A DNA stretch of 64,000 bases from Octopus vulgaris. Lineage: Eukaryota. Shown here piece after piece: positions 26,618-39,066 of this stretch. A program made the position numbers and the translations under genes. The stretch covers positions 29,512,001-29,576,000 of the forward strand of contig OX597842.1 in NCBI GenBank assembly GCA_951406725.2, written 5' to 3'. How positions within the stretch are numbered: the stretch's first letter is position 1; every line of letters starts with the position of its first letter. The notes beneath the pieces were generated by a model, which was given only the letters and a program-made list of their open reading frames with translations, was not told the DNA's origin and ran no database searches.

Positions 26618-26770
26618 TGGGTTCAGTCCCAGTGCGTGGCACCTTGGGCAAGTGTCTTCTACTATAGCCCCGGGCCGACCAAAGCCTTGTGAGTGGATTT
26701 GGTAGACGGAAACTGAAAGAAGCCCGTCGTATATATGTATATGTATATATATATGTATGTGTTTGTGTGT
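26618..26770 (+). mobile_element. SINE family A fragment between ~120-bp direct repeats
   Basis: GGGTTCAGTCCC...GAAGCCCGTCG; flanks 26484-26606 and 26777-26898 are near-identical. Confidence 0.8.
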
Positions 26771-27004
26771 TTGTGAGTGTTGTCGCTGTTGTTGTTATTT
26801 GTCTCTAGGTCAGTCCTCGTTGCTAAGGCCTGTGATGAAAAGGCGTTCTTGCCGTGACCATCAAATAATTTTATTAAAGGTTACGTTATCCTGTGTGTCC
26901 TTTATTTTTAAAAGCTGGTTGTGTGCATTTTGACAAAGATTTAGTTCCGATTTTTAAAGGGCCAAGCAACAAGGTAAAAGGGTCCCTTGCATTTGTGACT
27001 TATT

Positions 27005-27365
27005 GGCTGTGTGGTAAGTAGCTTGCTTACCAACCACATGGTTCCGGGTTCAGTCCCACTGCGTGGCACCTTGGGCAAGTGTCTTCTACTATAGCCTCGG
27101 GACGACTAAAGCCTTGTGAGTGGATTTGATAGACAGAAACTGAAAGAAGACCTGTGTGTGTGTATGTGTACGTCTGTGTTTGTCCCATCATCGCTTGACA
27201 ACCGATGCTGGTGTGTTTATGTCCCTGTAAATTAGCGTTGTAGAAAGGAGACCGATAGAATAAGTACAGGATTTATTACAAAGAATATGTCCTGGGGTTG
27301 ATTTGTTCGACTAAAGGTGGTGCTCCAGCATGGCTGCAGTCAAAATGACTGAAGCAAGTAAAACA
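27005..27365 (+). mobile_element. SINE family A
   Basis: Homologous to 23767-24127. Confidence 0.9.
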
Positions 27366-27609
27366 ATACACATTTTTATACTGATAAATTTTCATTTCCA
27401 TATATAGCTATATGTATCTATTTTCATTCAGCAAGTTTATTAATGAGATCAAAGCTTGGCAAAAGCGTAGAGGAGATAAGGTGTCTGCCTGAATTGGGTA
27501 TAGGTCTGATTGTAATTATTTTATACTTACTATTTAGTAATATGGTTACTTTACATTTTGAATTTTGATATGACACTGAAAAATCCTAAATGTTAAATTT
27601 TACTCTTAA

Positions 27610-27692
27610 TTCGCTTGAAGAAAACGTTTTCTTTAATTAACATAATTGTTTTGTTCATCAATAAAGAACACGTCTGAAACAGCTGTAGTGAA
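27610..27692 (+). ncRNA. Hammerhead ribozyme motif (PLE-type, C3U variant)
   Basis: ttcgc-TTGAAGA-[aaacgttttcttta/taaagaacacgtct stem II]-GAAA-cagctg-TA-gtgaa. Confidence 0.6.
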
Positions 27693-28949
27693 CCTCAGCC
27701 CATCTGTGATATGATTTATATTTATGTATATGGTGTGTTTTCATTGTCCAAATGCTTTCTCTTAACTAATTCATGAGATACTAACGTTTGTTTTCCTCTT
27801 TTTGCTGTCTGCTATAATAGCCGAGTTAACCCATTCCAACCCTTTCTATTTTTTAAAAGTATTTTGGTAAGCTCATCCACAATAACGATAAACCCTACAT
27901 TCACGAAAGAGGAAAAACTCACAACAGACCTCATTACATACAAAACACATAAACCCTTGAAAAACAAAACGGAAACCCATGTAACAGATGTGACCCCACA
28001 TTACAATAAATGAAGGCTTAGAACCCCCCAAAATATCTTACAGTATTTAGTTGTATCATTTGCAGTTCTCTGTTTTGGGAATTTTATCCATCTGTGAAAG
28101 AGTGTATACGACACAGTACCAGTCATGTACTGCAACCAATTAAACCCACCATACCAACTCCCTATAGTTTATGGTCTTATATTAATATCAGAAACCACGG
28201 TTACATTTGTATTTAACTAGAATGTGTCATTTTTAAAATAAAATTATCAAAGAAAAGGACGAGAGGAATTTTTTAAAGATGGTCTTCAATTGAAAAAATA
28301 AATTGAACGAATAAAAAAAAGGTGAAAAAATTAGAGAAATCTCTGTTGATTTTCTGGTCAGAAGAAAGAATTTATAGTAAATACTGTAGCTACTTTTCTT
28401 TTAAATTCTTCAACATCGAGAATTGGTCAGACAGAGAAGAAATTTAAGGAAAATAATCCCTAAAAATAAGAAGGATTAAGAAAGGAAAATGAAGCCGGTG
28501 AATCATTTGAAATTTGAAGAGAGAAAAAATCAACAAGAGATGATTTATATTTCTGAACGGTTAGTATTTATATTTCCGCTTGAAGATTCCACAATTGCAC
28601 AGTAGTTACCCTTACGCATATACCAGTACCTTGGTGTTAGTTTCCTTCCAGCTTCCAGCAATAATCCCTTCACTAATCTTTGCTAATTCTCCCTGCCTAT
28701 CAACCCGTAGAACCTTTTACCCACCTACACCTCTTTATTGTTTATGTTCAGATATATGTTTTCGCCACTCCTTTTCCTCCTTGCAACAGGCTTATATAAT
28801 TGCCTTTATATTTTGTGTTGACACCGTCTTTAGTGTAAACGTTGTCATGTTTTATATTCTTTATAATTTAACAAAAAAAAAAAGACTGCCTATATACACA
28901 TATGCACACACATATATGCATTTTCTTTTACTGAAACTGAATATTTGCT

Positions 28950-28988
28950 TCACGACTCGAGTTCCGTGTTACTATGTTCTTCAGGTGA
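28950..28988 (-). ncRNA. Degenerate minimal hammerhead motif
   Basis: tcac-CTGAAGA-acatagtaacac-GGAA-ctcgag-TC-gtga; stem II is decayed and the core carries A13G. Confidence 0.4.
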
Positions 28989-29105
28989 GAAACTCTAGTA
29001 ACGAGACAAAGCCTCGGTTTCAGTTTGAAGGAATGGAAATTAACCCATCTCTTCTGCAACTTGTACTGAGCAATACTCTCTTATTCGTCTGATCTAAAAC
29101 CAACC

Positions 29106-29118
29106 ACACACACACACG

Positions 29119-29192
<74 letters not shown>
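29106..29192. repeat. (CA)n microsatellite
   Basis: Direct inspection. Confidence 0.95.
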
Positions 29193-29195
<3 letters not shown>

Positions 29196-29286
29196 CTACA
29201 TACTTTCATTTAATAGCTTTGTCTACGCGTTCCATTTTTAAAATGATTTGCTTCACGTCAGTTGAATTTTCTAAATTCTTATGACA

Positions 29287-29348
<62 letters not shown>

Positions 29349-29386
29349 CCTCTGTCTGTCTGTCTGTCTGTCTATCTGTCTATCTG

Positions 29387-29446
<60 letters not shown>

Positions 29447-30056
29447 AGGAAGAGCTATTTTCATCATCCTTGTGGCTATGGCGAAAGAATGTATCTGGTG
29501 GACGCGTCTGAAAGGATTGGAGACAAACACTTTCCTCTCTGGTCAATCTCTCATCAACTTCTTCAAGTACCACTTGAAAAGGAAAGTGAGAGTAGAGAGG
29601 CAAGTTTTGTCTAGCGAATGTTTTAAAAAAAGATGGGTGAATGTAGCAAGGATGGCACGTATGAATGACGAAGCCACCTTGACTATGATTCTATGAACCG
29701 TAAAAATTAATACAGAGAGTTGCTTATTTGCAAAAAAAAAAAAAAGAAATATAACATGTGACTTCATTGACCGAGGTTACCGTGGTCTTTTCCGTAGGCT
29801 TTTCTTTCCACGGGTAAACCTCACCTGTCCTCCCCTTTACACTTCATATTGACATTTCTGTGATAACGATCCCTATTGATCAATTTTTTTTCCCCCCCTT
29901 TTTTTAAAAATTTTATTCCCCCCTTTTTTTGTCCTCTTTCTTTCCCTTTACGATCCCTTTCGATCGAAAACCAAATCCCATTTTTTTTACCCCCATAAGA
30001 AAAGCTTTTGTAATTTGTCCTGTCTGTGTGCAGCCCTGTGTGGCTAATAAAGAAAC
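29447..30056 (+). mobile_element. Tx1/L1-clade LINE 3' end inserted in (TATC)n
   Basis: [11 protein letters not shown]...[13 protein letters not shown]...F.KRWV, homologous to the 3' end of the element at 19010-19470. Ends AATAAAGAAAC; (TATC)n at 29287-29445 and 30057-30245. Confidence 0.8.
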
Positions 30057-30092
30057 ATATCTATTTATCTGTCTGTCTGTTTGCCTCTCTGC

Positions 30093-30206
<114 letters not shown>

Positions 30207-30257
30207 GTCTGTCTGTCTGTCAACCTGTCTGTCTATCTATTTATCTCTCTCTCTCTC

Positions 30258-30662
30258 TTTTACTCTTTTACTTGTTTCAGTCATTTGACTGCGGCCATGC
30301 TGGAGCACCGCCTTTAGTGGAGCAAATCGACCCCGAGACTTATTCTTTGTAAGCCCAGTACTTATTCTATCGGTCTCTTTTGCTGAACCGCTAAGTTACG
30401 GGGACGTAAACACACCAGCATCGGTTGTCAAGCAATGCTAGGGGGACAAACACAGATACAAAAACATATACACACACACATATATATATACATATATACG
30501 ACAGGCTTCTTTCAGTTTCCGTCTACTAAATCCACTCACAAGGCATTGGTTGGCCCGGGGCTATAGCAGAAGACACTTGCCCAAGATGCCACGCAGTGGG
30601 ACTGAACTCGGAACCATGTGGTTGGTTAGCAAGCTACTTACCACACAGCCACTCCTGCGCCT
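30258..30662 (-). mobile_element. Full-length SINE family A
   Basis: Reverse complement of 23767-24127. Confidence 0.92.
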
Positions 30663-30814
30663 ATTTATTTATACATACATGCATGCATACATACATACAT
30701 ACATACATACATACATACATACATGCATGCATGCATGCATGCATGCATGCATGCATGCATGCATACATGCATACATACATACATACATACATACATACAT
30801 ACATACATACATAG

Positions 30815-31937
30815 TGTTACGGTTGGCTAAGTGCAGTTCCCGGTGACCCACATTTGGAATTATGGTTCCGGCATGTCTGGGAGTGAAAAGTGACAGCCCT
30901 TTGTTTACGGAAGACTAATGGGTTTTGGAAGGACCTGTGACCTTGTGCGGGTGAATTAGGGGTCGTTCTAGACACCCCGAGGAAGACAGATTAAGGAAAT
31001 CTGAGAGCAGATAGAGAGGGTGATAGGCAGCAGGCGATAGAGACAGATTAAGGGATCTGAGAGCTGTCGTGAGAGAGATAGAGTATAAGGCTAAGGGACA
31101 GATAGAGAGGGTGATAGGCAGCAGGCGATAGCGATAGAGTAAGGAATCAGAGAGCAGATAGAAAGGGTATGAGCGGTACAGAGGGAGATTGGAGGGAGTG
31201 GAAGTCAGGACAAGGAAGTGAGGTTTTGGGCAGTCGGTGATCGGTCGTCAGAGAACACAGACGGATCTTGGAAGTTAGGAGCAAGCGTTGGAATTTTAGG
31301 AGCAAGCGTTGGGATGCGAGAGAACTTGGCGGCACAGAAGGGAATATGTACAGAGGAATTAGCAGTATTCAGAGATGAGTGCAGAATGGGACACTGGCGA
31401 TTCAATTAGGAATTGAGGTATTTAATTGTATTGATACGTGTCACGGTGTATTGAACAGTGAAAAGAACAGTCAAGGACTTGTCGATATGTCGATTATCGA
31501 GTTGTGGTATTTATGTTCAGAATTGTGTTGATGTGACGTTATCTGTGATGTTTAGAAAAAGACTTTAATAGAACTGTTGTCTTCGGACGTGAACTTTGAA
31601 TTGTACTCTTGAATTGCTGTTGTTAAATGCTTGATCTGTGGTATACCCGTATGATGTATTGATTTGTTGTTTGTCTTAAATGTATTTGATGTTGTAACCA
31701 TTGATTGCCATATAAACTAGTTGTTGAATATAAGCCAGTGTTGCCAGTTGTTGCCTTGCCTCTTTTGGTGTCTCTCTCGGTTGTGCCTCTGTATCTCTCT
31801 GTGCTGCTGCGGTTGTTGTTGCAGTGTCTCTCCTCTCCTCTCTCTCCGAGTTTCCGTAGCTTATTCGCTGATCGAATCGGGCCTGTGTGTGAGGATTTCC
31901 GTAACAGTTTTCGGATGCTCCCCACTCGTTCGTAACA
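30815..31937. mobile_element. Probable solo LTR (~1.12 kb, Gypsy-like)
   Basis: TGTTACG...CGTAACA termini, 4-bp flanks ATAG/ATAC, embedded in (TACA)n, internal GA-rich direct repeats. Confidence 0.7.
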
Positions 31938-32648
31938 ATACATACATATACAAACGTACAGCAGCATGCACAGAAACGACCGAATACATTTACATAGATA
32001 CAAAAACACATGTACATACACGGTCACGTGCTCTAAATCACATGCATAATAGAAACAAGACAATATGTATGCGCTTATGGTTTGAATAATTTGAATGATT
32101 TGAATGTAATGCAGATGATATAACTGACAAGTTGTTCTAATAACTTTGAATAAAAAGAAATATGCACGGCGTGCGACTGTACTTTTGTAGTTAGATGCGT
32201 GTGTAAAAGCTATGCTTAAAATATTTCTCAGCCCTGTGTGAAACGTAAGATAGTTAGATAGTAGAGAGAGGTGTGAGATGTCTTATGAACGTGGGACGAA
32301 AAGCATAACCTCCGCCTGGAAATATGATTTTTACCGAGATATTAAATCAAGGCCTTTCTTTTTAACAAACATTTTTGAAGGTTCCTTTTATCTTTAATCA
32401 CGAAAACAGTTTCTTTAATACCTGTCAACTCCCATTAAAACTATCGATAGGCCAGTTGGTTATGTTCAGGTGTGCATTGTAGCCAGCTTTGATCAGAATG
32501 ATCAAATATAGTAATGTTAACCGCAAGCGAATTATACTTTTATCAAAGCTGCTCTCAGTTCAAATCCGGAGAATGATCTGCCATAAGAATTTCCTCGCAA
32601 CGTGTTTGTTTTATGGCAACGAATGAAACCAAGAAACGTATGTGTATA

Positions 32649-32696
<48 letters not shown>

Positions 32697-32754
32697 AGGT
32701 GGGGTGGGGTGTATGTCTGTCCACGTTTCCGATGTATGCAACAAAATCATGTAA

Positions 32755-33180
32755 GGCAATCTTTCGTCTCTAATAGACCTTTCCGTCGATTTCCGTAAAA
32801 AATTTATTTTTTTTACATATGGGCTTGCGGGAACTTTTGAAGTAATGAGAGCGAAAGAGACTAAGAGAAAGCGATTGTATGACGAGGGAAGTTCTTTTGA
32901 AGTTACCGTGCATGGAAAGCATTGATGTACATGTGTGTGTGTGTGTGTTTGATGGGGTGTGGGAGACAGACAGTATGTTGTGTAAGTGAAGTGCTTCTGT
33001 TAGTGTGTGTGAAGAGACAGAGAGAGTAATGTGTGAAAGAAAGAGATAACTGAAAGTTTTTACTCGGTGTATGTGTATATGTATGTATATTACTTCAAAG
33101 GTTCCCGCAAGCCCATATGTAAAAAAAGAAATTTTTTTACGGAAATCGACGGAAAGGTCTACTAGAGACGAAAGATCGCC
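32755..33180. mobile_element. MITE with ~90-bp TIRs and 8-bp TSD (Merlin-like termini)
   Basis: GGCAATCTTTCGTCTCTA... / ...TAGAGACGAAAGATCGCC; flanks TCATGTAA / TCATGGAA. Confidence 0.85.
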
Positions 33181-33353
33181 TCATGGAACAATAATCATAA
33201 ATTTAAGTTTGACTCAACGAAACACGACAAAATAACATGAAATTGTTTAATTCAATTCATAAATAGTTGAAAATTTTAGAAAAGGTTTAGTGGCTATAAA
33301 TATATGTGTATACATAAATATACATATATATATATAAATATACACACACATAC

Positions 33354-33398
<45 letters not shown>

Positions 33399-33424
33399 TC
33401 AGTAAGTAATGGATATTTCAATAC

Positions 33425-33658
33425 CTATTTCTTTACTACCCACAAGGGGCTAAACACAGAGGGGACAAACTAGGACAGACAAACGGATTAAGTCGATTAT
33501 ATCGACCCCAGTGCGTAACTGGTACTTAATTAATCGACCCCGAAAGGATGAAAGGCAAAGTCGACCTGGGCGGAATTTGAACTCAGAACGTAACGGCAGA
33601 CGAAATACCGCTAAGCATTTCGCCCGGCCTGCTAACGTTTCTGCTAGCTCGCCGCCTT
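33425..33658 (-). mobile_element. Full-length SINE family B
   Basis: Minus strand reads GGCGGCGAGCTAGCAGAAACG...GAGTTCAAATTCC...ATCCTTTCGGGGTCGAT...GTACCAGT. Confidence 0.9.
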
Positions 33659-33667
33659 TATTCAATA

Positions 33668-34099
33668 CTAGCAGCATAGCCCGGCGTTGCCCGGGTATGT
33701 AAGAACCACTAGTAGGCAACGACTAATCCCAATCTAGTCCTTTCCCTCTAGGGAACGAAGGCGCATGTGTAGGTTGCAATGTCTTCTCTTCACTCGAATA
33801 CTTCTGTGTATACGATGTTCCTAGCTGTCCCTTTGGGTGATAAAAAGGTCGAGTTGGGTCCCCTAGACAGAAAATGTGTTGCATATAAAAAGCTTAGATT
33901 CTCGACCCCATGTCGAATTTATCGATTTTTTTCAGAACTGGGAGAACTTTTCAAAATTTTCGCGGTGTTAGTTTTGAATTATGACATTGGGCTATGTGTG
34001 TGTCAAGTTTCATCAGAATCGGTTGAAAGCCGTGGTCAGGGTGAGGGTACAACCTGACAGACACACAGACAGACAAACTGCCGTTTATATAGAGAGAGA
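33668..34099 (-). mobile_element. Non-autonomous Helitron
   Basis: 5' TC start, (CTGT)n tract, 3' GC-rich hairpin CCCGGGCAACGCCGGG and terminal CTAG; inserted between A and T. Confidence 0.82.
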
Positions 34100-34483
34100 T
34101 TCTACCAGAATACGAAGTTTAAAAGTGTTTAGTTACCTAGAAATTATGTTAAAAACTGCCGGTCAAACTGAAAAGATTCATTTTCTGCCCCAGAGGGCGA
34201 AAATTACTGTTTGTCAACAGACAACAGTTCAAATCACCGTACAGAAACCCAATGAAAATTATAAAAAAACCCATACATGGAGTTCAGAGATAATGTAGAA
34301 CAATGTAGACAGACTGAGTCACAAGAAACCTTGCCAAGCATGTGGTCCTGAGCTCAATCCCACTGCATGGCACCTCAAGTGTGTGCCTTCTACTTTGTCC
34401 TTGTTTTATCCAAAGGGTTCTCAGTGGAATTTCTAGGCGGAGACTTGTGAGTGGATTTCCTATTTGACACACATTCAACATCT

Positions 34484-34883
34484 TCTTTTCCGTTTGAACG
34501 GCAGTTTTTTAACATAATTTCCACGTAACTAAACACTTTTAAACTTCGTATACTGGTAGAATGTGTTTATAAAATATAATTTTCTCTTGGCTTTATTGAG
34601 AAAATTCTATAGTTTGTAAGATATTTGTTGTTTTTTTTCAATTTCAACCAATCACTGACGTCTATTGAGGTAAAAAAAAACATTCTGTGCCGTATGAATA
34701 TGTCCCTCGTTTAAGAAACAGATTGGGTTTGTTTATATTTGTGAAGAAAAAAAGATACCCTTCCCCCCACCCCTAACCCTAAAACAGATTGAAATGCAAT
34801 AGATCGATACTAGGGTCATAATTATGGGTAACAATTTCATATGACACCGCTAGAAAAAACTGCTGTTCAAACTGAAAAGATCC
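34484..34883. mobile_element. MITE (GGATCTTTTCGGTTTGAACGGCAG TIR family)
   Basis: Inverted copy of 42371-42780; another fragment at ~34100-34180. Confidence 0.85.
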
Positions 34884-34894
34884 TTCTTTTCTAC

Positions 34895-35070
34895 TCTTGG
34901 CACAAGATTCGAAATTGATTAGGTTGACAGCATTAGGCAACTGGTACTTAATTCATCAATCCTTAGAGAATGGAAGTGAAAGTCGACTTCAGCAGAATTT
35001 CAACTCAGAATGGAAAGACAGACGAAATACCAAAAACAATTTCGCCCGGTGTGCTGAAGTTTCTGCCAGT
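34895..35070 (-). mobile_element. Decayed SINE family B
   Basis: CTGGTACTTAATT...AAGTCGACTT..CAGAATTTCAACTCAGAA. Confidence 0.7.
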
Positions 35071-35943
35071 GATTTGACACATTGCATGTATTCGTTGTAA
35101 AATAACCGACGCAACAAATATTTGCATATTTGTTCACAATACTTTGGAGGAGAATAAGAGGAGAAATATGTTAGTCGCTGTTGTGCATGTCAAAGGACAA
35201 GCGCTTCACCTTGCTAAGAATACTTCCTACATCGTTTAATGTTTGTTTTCCATTCAGGCATATGTTGGATGCTTCAACCGGAGCTGACAAAGCCATGAGC
35301 TGCACCAGTTTCCCTTGTCTGATTTGGCTTTTCTACAGCAGAATGCATTTCCTAATGTCAACCCTTCTACAGAGTGCACTGGGTGTTATTTTTTCTTTTT
35401 TATGTGACAACAAAACCGACAGGGTCCCCAAGGACCTTGCAAGACAAAATAGCTCAAAACTGGCAGGGAGGAAGGTAGTATTGAAGGAACGTCACTTTGT
35501 GCCCGTTGACAGGTTTAAGGTAGAAAGGGAACAGGGTCCAGATATAGAGCAAAAAAAAACAAGCACAAAATAAATATTTTATTCATTATTCTTTATTAAG
35601 AAATTCCTATAACTGATGAAAGGAAAAAGCCTGTGTTTTAGCAGACCAATTAGTGTTAATTATTGTTATGACTTAATCAATTTTGACATTGAGACAGTAA
35701 CACGTCTCTGTGAATAGCCACATGTTTATGCATGTGGCTTTTTCCAGAGAATCATTTGCCACACATGTCACACTGACATGGCTACTCTCATGTAGGGATT
35801 CGTTCATGTAGATTCAAGATAGGTCTATGAGAGAATGCTTTAACACAGACACGACCATTACATAGGTTGTGTCTGGTATGAAGATTTTCGTGTGTAGTTA
35901 CAACACCATTTGCAAAAAATGAATTACAACAACTAATGCAAGG

Positions 35944-36771
35944 TTATGGCTTCTCTACTGTATGTGTATGCGTGTGTCTGTTCAACTGATGCCTTTGAGA
36001 AAATGACTCACCACAGATCTCACAATGACAAGGTTTCTCACCAATATGAAGGCGATTGTGATTAGTCAAGTGAGCGCTTTGAGAGAATGATTTACCACAG
36101 ATATCACAATGATAAGGTTTCTCTCCTGTATGTGTAAGTTTGTGCCGAGTCAAATTACTATTACAAGGGAATAACTTACCACAGATATTACAATGATAGG
36201 GTTTCTCTCCTGTATGAATGCGATTATGAGTAACCAAATCTCTATTATGAGAGAATGATTTACCACAGATCTCACAATGGTATGGCTTCTCACCAGTATG
36301 AATGCGATTGTGAGTAACCAAATTACTATTACGAGAGAATGATTTACCACAGATATCACAGCGATATGGTCTCTCTCCTGTATGAGTAAGTCTGTGCCTA
36401 GTCAAATGACTATTATGAGAGAATGATTTACCACAGATATCACAGTGATATGGTTTCTCTCCTGTATGTGTACGTATGTGATCAGTCAAGTTAGTGCTTA
36501 CAGAGAATGATTTACCACAGATCTCACAATGATATGGTTTCTCACCAGTATGAATGCGATTGTGAGTAACCAAATTACTATTACGAGAGAATGATTTACC
36601 ACAGATATCACACTGATATGGCTTCTCTCCCGTATGTGTACGTTTGTGTCTAACAATGTCACCACTGTAAGAAAATGATTTTCCACAGATATTACAGTGA
36701 TATGGCTTTTTCTCTTTATCAAGGTTTTCTGATTCATTTAAATTATTCATTTCGAGAGAATTACTTATCAT
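35944..36771 (-). CDS. C2H2 zinc-finger protein, 9 tandem fingers, single coding exon
   Basis: Nine CxxC...HxxxH fingers with HTGEKPY linkers. First in-frame ATG at 36771; upstream acceptor ttttcctatttcag| at 37048 and AATAAA (minus strand) at 35592-35597. Confidence 0.93.
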   Translation of the reverse strand: MISNSLEMNNLNESENLDKEKKPYHCNICGKSFSYSGDIVRHKRTHTGEKPYQCDICGKSFSRNSNLVTHNRIHTGEKPYHCEICGKSFSVSTNLTDHIRTHTGEKPYHCDICGKSFSHNSHLTRHRLTHTGERPYRCDICGKSFSRNSNLVTHNRIHTGEKPYHCEICGKSFSHNRDLVTHNRIHTGEKPYHCNICGKLFPCNSNLTRHKLTHTGEKPYHCDICGKSFSQSAHLTNHNRLHIGEKPCHCEICGESFSQRHQLNRHTHTHTVEKP

Positions 36772-37959
36772 ACACTTCACAATGATAAAGTGTTTTTCAT
36801 TTCCATGAATGCATTTCTGTTCACTTTTGTCACTTCATTCAGATAACAATTTAATGCAATGTTTCTTCCATACATTCCAGAGAAAGAAAAATATTTCGCT
36901 GTTCCTTGTTATAGACTGTATTTATATACAGAGGTAGACTTATTCATGAATGCTCCTTATAAATATACTGTCTTCCTTTAGGTGATGAGAATATCAAAGA
37001 CACTTCTGAATGGAGAGATTTCCTTCACGTCAACATGTTGTGATATTCTGAAATAGGAAAAGAAGCAGTAAGATAAAACTGGATAGTTGACCAACATAAG
37101 TAATTCAACATTGCAGATTTTATATCACTACCATTGTCATGCATTTACTGTCCATGCTTGCATAAGTAGATTGAGTTGGAAGGTGTTAGAAGCTAATGGG
37201 CATGGAGCTAGCCAAAACGAAAATATAGTGGGCATAACATGACCAGAGTAGTGAGTTGATGCCATCCAGAATTTCGCAGAGCAAAGTTGTCACAAGTGAA
37301 ATGGGCTGTTTATGAAGTGATCAGAGTTAATGATGAAGAAGCATTGTTACTCGTCTGCCGCCTTTCCGCTAACTAATTAAAACTCCCACTTCTCTTCATG
37401 GGCACTGAACTTCCCTCTGGGATCCATATGTGCCCACCCTGATGGGCTGGAGAATGTCATAGCAGAACAGTGCTATGGTGTCACAACTAAAATAGCTTTC
37501 CTGACTTGCTACAATATTAAATACTGGCAGAATCACTAAGATGCCGGATTAATTGCTTAACAGCATTTCGTTCGTAAATAGCTTTGTCAAACTAGAGATA
37601 AAAGCAATCAGGAATGGGAGTGTGTCTGTGCATTGTTTATTTCTCTTCAATCAGGTACACACTGTGAGGGTGAGTACGATCGATCATTTGGGCATCCAGA
37701 TGCCCCTCCCACCTAACCAGGAGTCCCTTATCCGAAGACCAGCTTGCTAGCTAGCCCACAGTGAAGGTCCCTCTTTATATTTCGTCTATCATGAGTTGGT
37801 GCCCGAAACGTCTTTCCTTTCAAAGTATAACTTCCACTGAGGTCGAATTTCATCCTTTCGAGGTAAATAAAATAAGCAGTAGAGCACTCGAGTCCCTGAA
37901 GTTAACTTGTCCCCTTCCTGCAAATTTCAGGTTTTGTACTTAAAAATACAAAAAGAAAA

Positions 37960-38018
<59 letters not shown>

Positions 38019-38459
38019 CAACATTAATATTTTATAAACCCCAAAAAGTAGAGTCGGCTCATGGATCAAAATCCTGACTCCAAATACATCTTACAATTTC
38101 ATGAGTCCTTCATTAAAAAAGGGACAACGGTAATTATTCTCCTTCCTCTCGCAGGGGTTATGACCACTCACGGAAACGGCGACACACGTCTTTGGGAGCA
38201 GGGAGGATCTCCTCAGTAGAACCAATAGCTGCAAACCCTCTGAACACCTCACAGGTTGTGTCCGGGTAGAATGGATATAATTCGCCCCTACCCATCTATA
38301 GACAGAGATCTTCTTGTGGGGTGCTTGTAAAGACAAGAACATTGCATACGTTGGTGAGACATCTAGAAGCATTGCAGGGGGATGAAATAAAAATTAGAGG
38401 CAGCATGACCACATAACCAGTCATCCATACTCTACCAAAGGTACTATTCAAAAACAATG

Positions 38460-38817
38460 GTCCCGGTGCGCGCACTCGTGCTAGTCCGTCGTGACTGGTC
38501 GATCCTTCAACGACTACCTAGCGCGAGTATGCAAATTAACAGATGCGCACATAATAATATATGTATATAATGGCTGAATATATATCAAATAAAATGGGTT
38601 TTGTCTTAAACAAAGTAAATAAAAGACTCAACAAAAGAAATTACTTACTTTGTGTTTTATTTTCTTTGTTTAAAAATAAGTATTTGCTAAAAAAAAACCT
38701 CAAACATGTCTAGCGAATGCGAGTGTGATTTTTAGTCTCGCACTCGCGTTACGTAGTCTCTGTAAGATCGACTAGTCACGACTAGCTAACACCGGGACGA
38801 CGCTTGTAGAAAAGTAC

Positions 38818-38882
<65 letters not shown>

Positions 38883-38985
38883 GTAGTAGTCGCGTAGACT
38901 GGACCCGGTGCGAGCATCCGCGCTAGTCAGTCGTAGGTAGTCGATCCTACAGCGACTTGCGTATGCAAATGAGCTGATTGGCGCA
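38460..38985. promoter_or_regulatory. CpG-rich putative promoter of the ZNF gene with three copies of a 60-80-bp module
   Basis: CCCGGTG...CTAGT..GTCGT....GTCGATC repeats at 38461(+), ~38740-38798(-) and 38903(+). Octamer ATGCAAAT at 38529 and 38963, ATTGG at 38977, candidate minus-strand donor gtaagt at 38648-38643. Confidence 0.55.
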
Positions 38986-39066
38986 ACATTTCAAAAACTA
39001 AGTTAATAGCGAGCCCCTACTGGAGCTTAGGAAATATTTTTCAACGATATACGGTGTATATTATTT

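Noticed and set aside
28580-29092. 170-aa ORF
   Set aside because: Non-ATG start, low complexity, no domain or splice signals.
37785-37815. ATGAG...CCCGAAACGTC hammerhead-like string
   Set aside because: No CUGA and no stem I.
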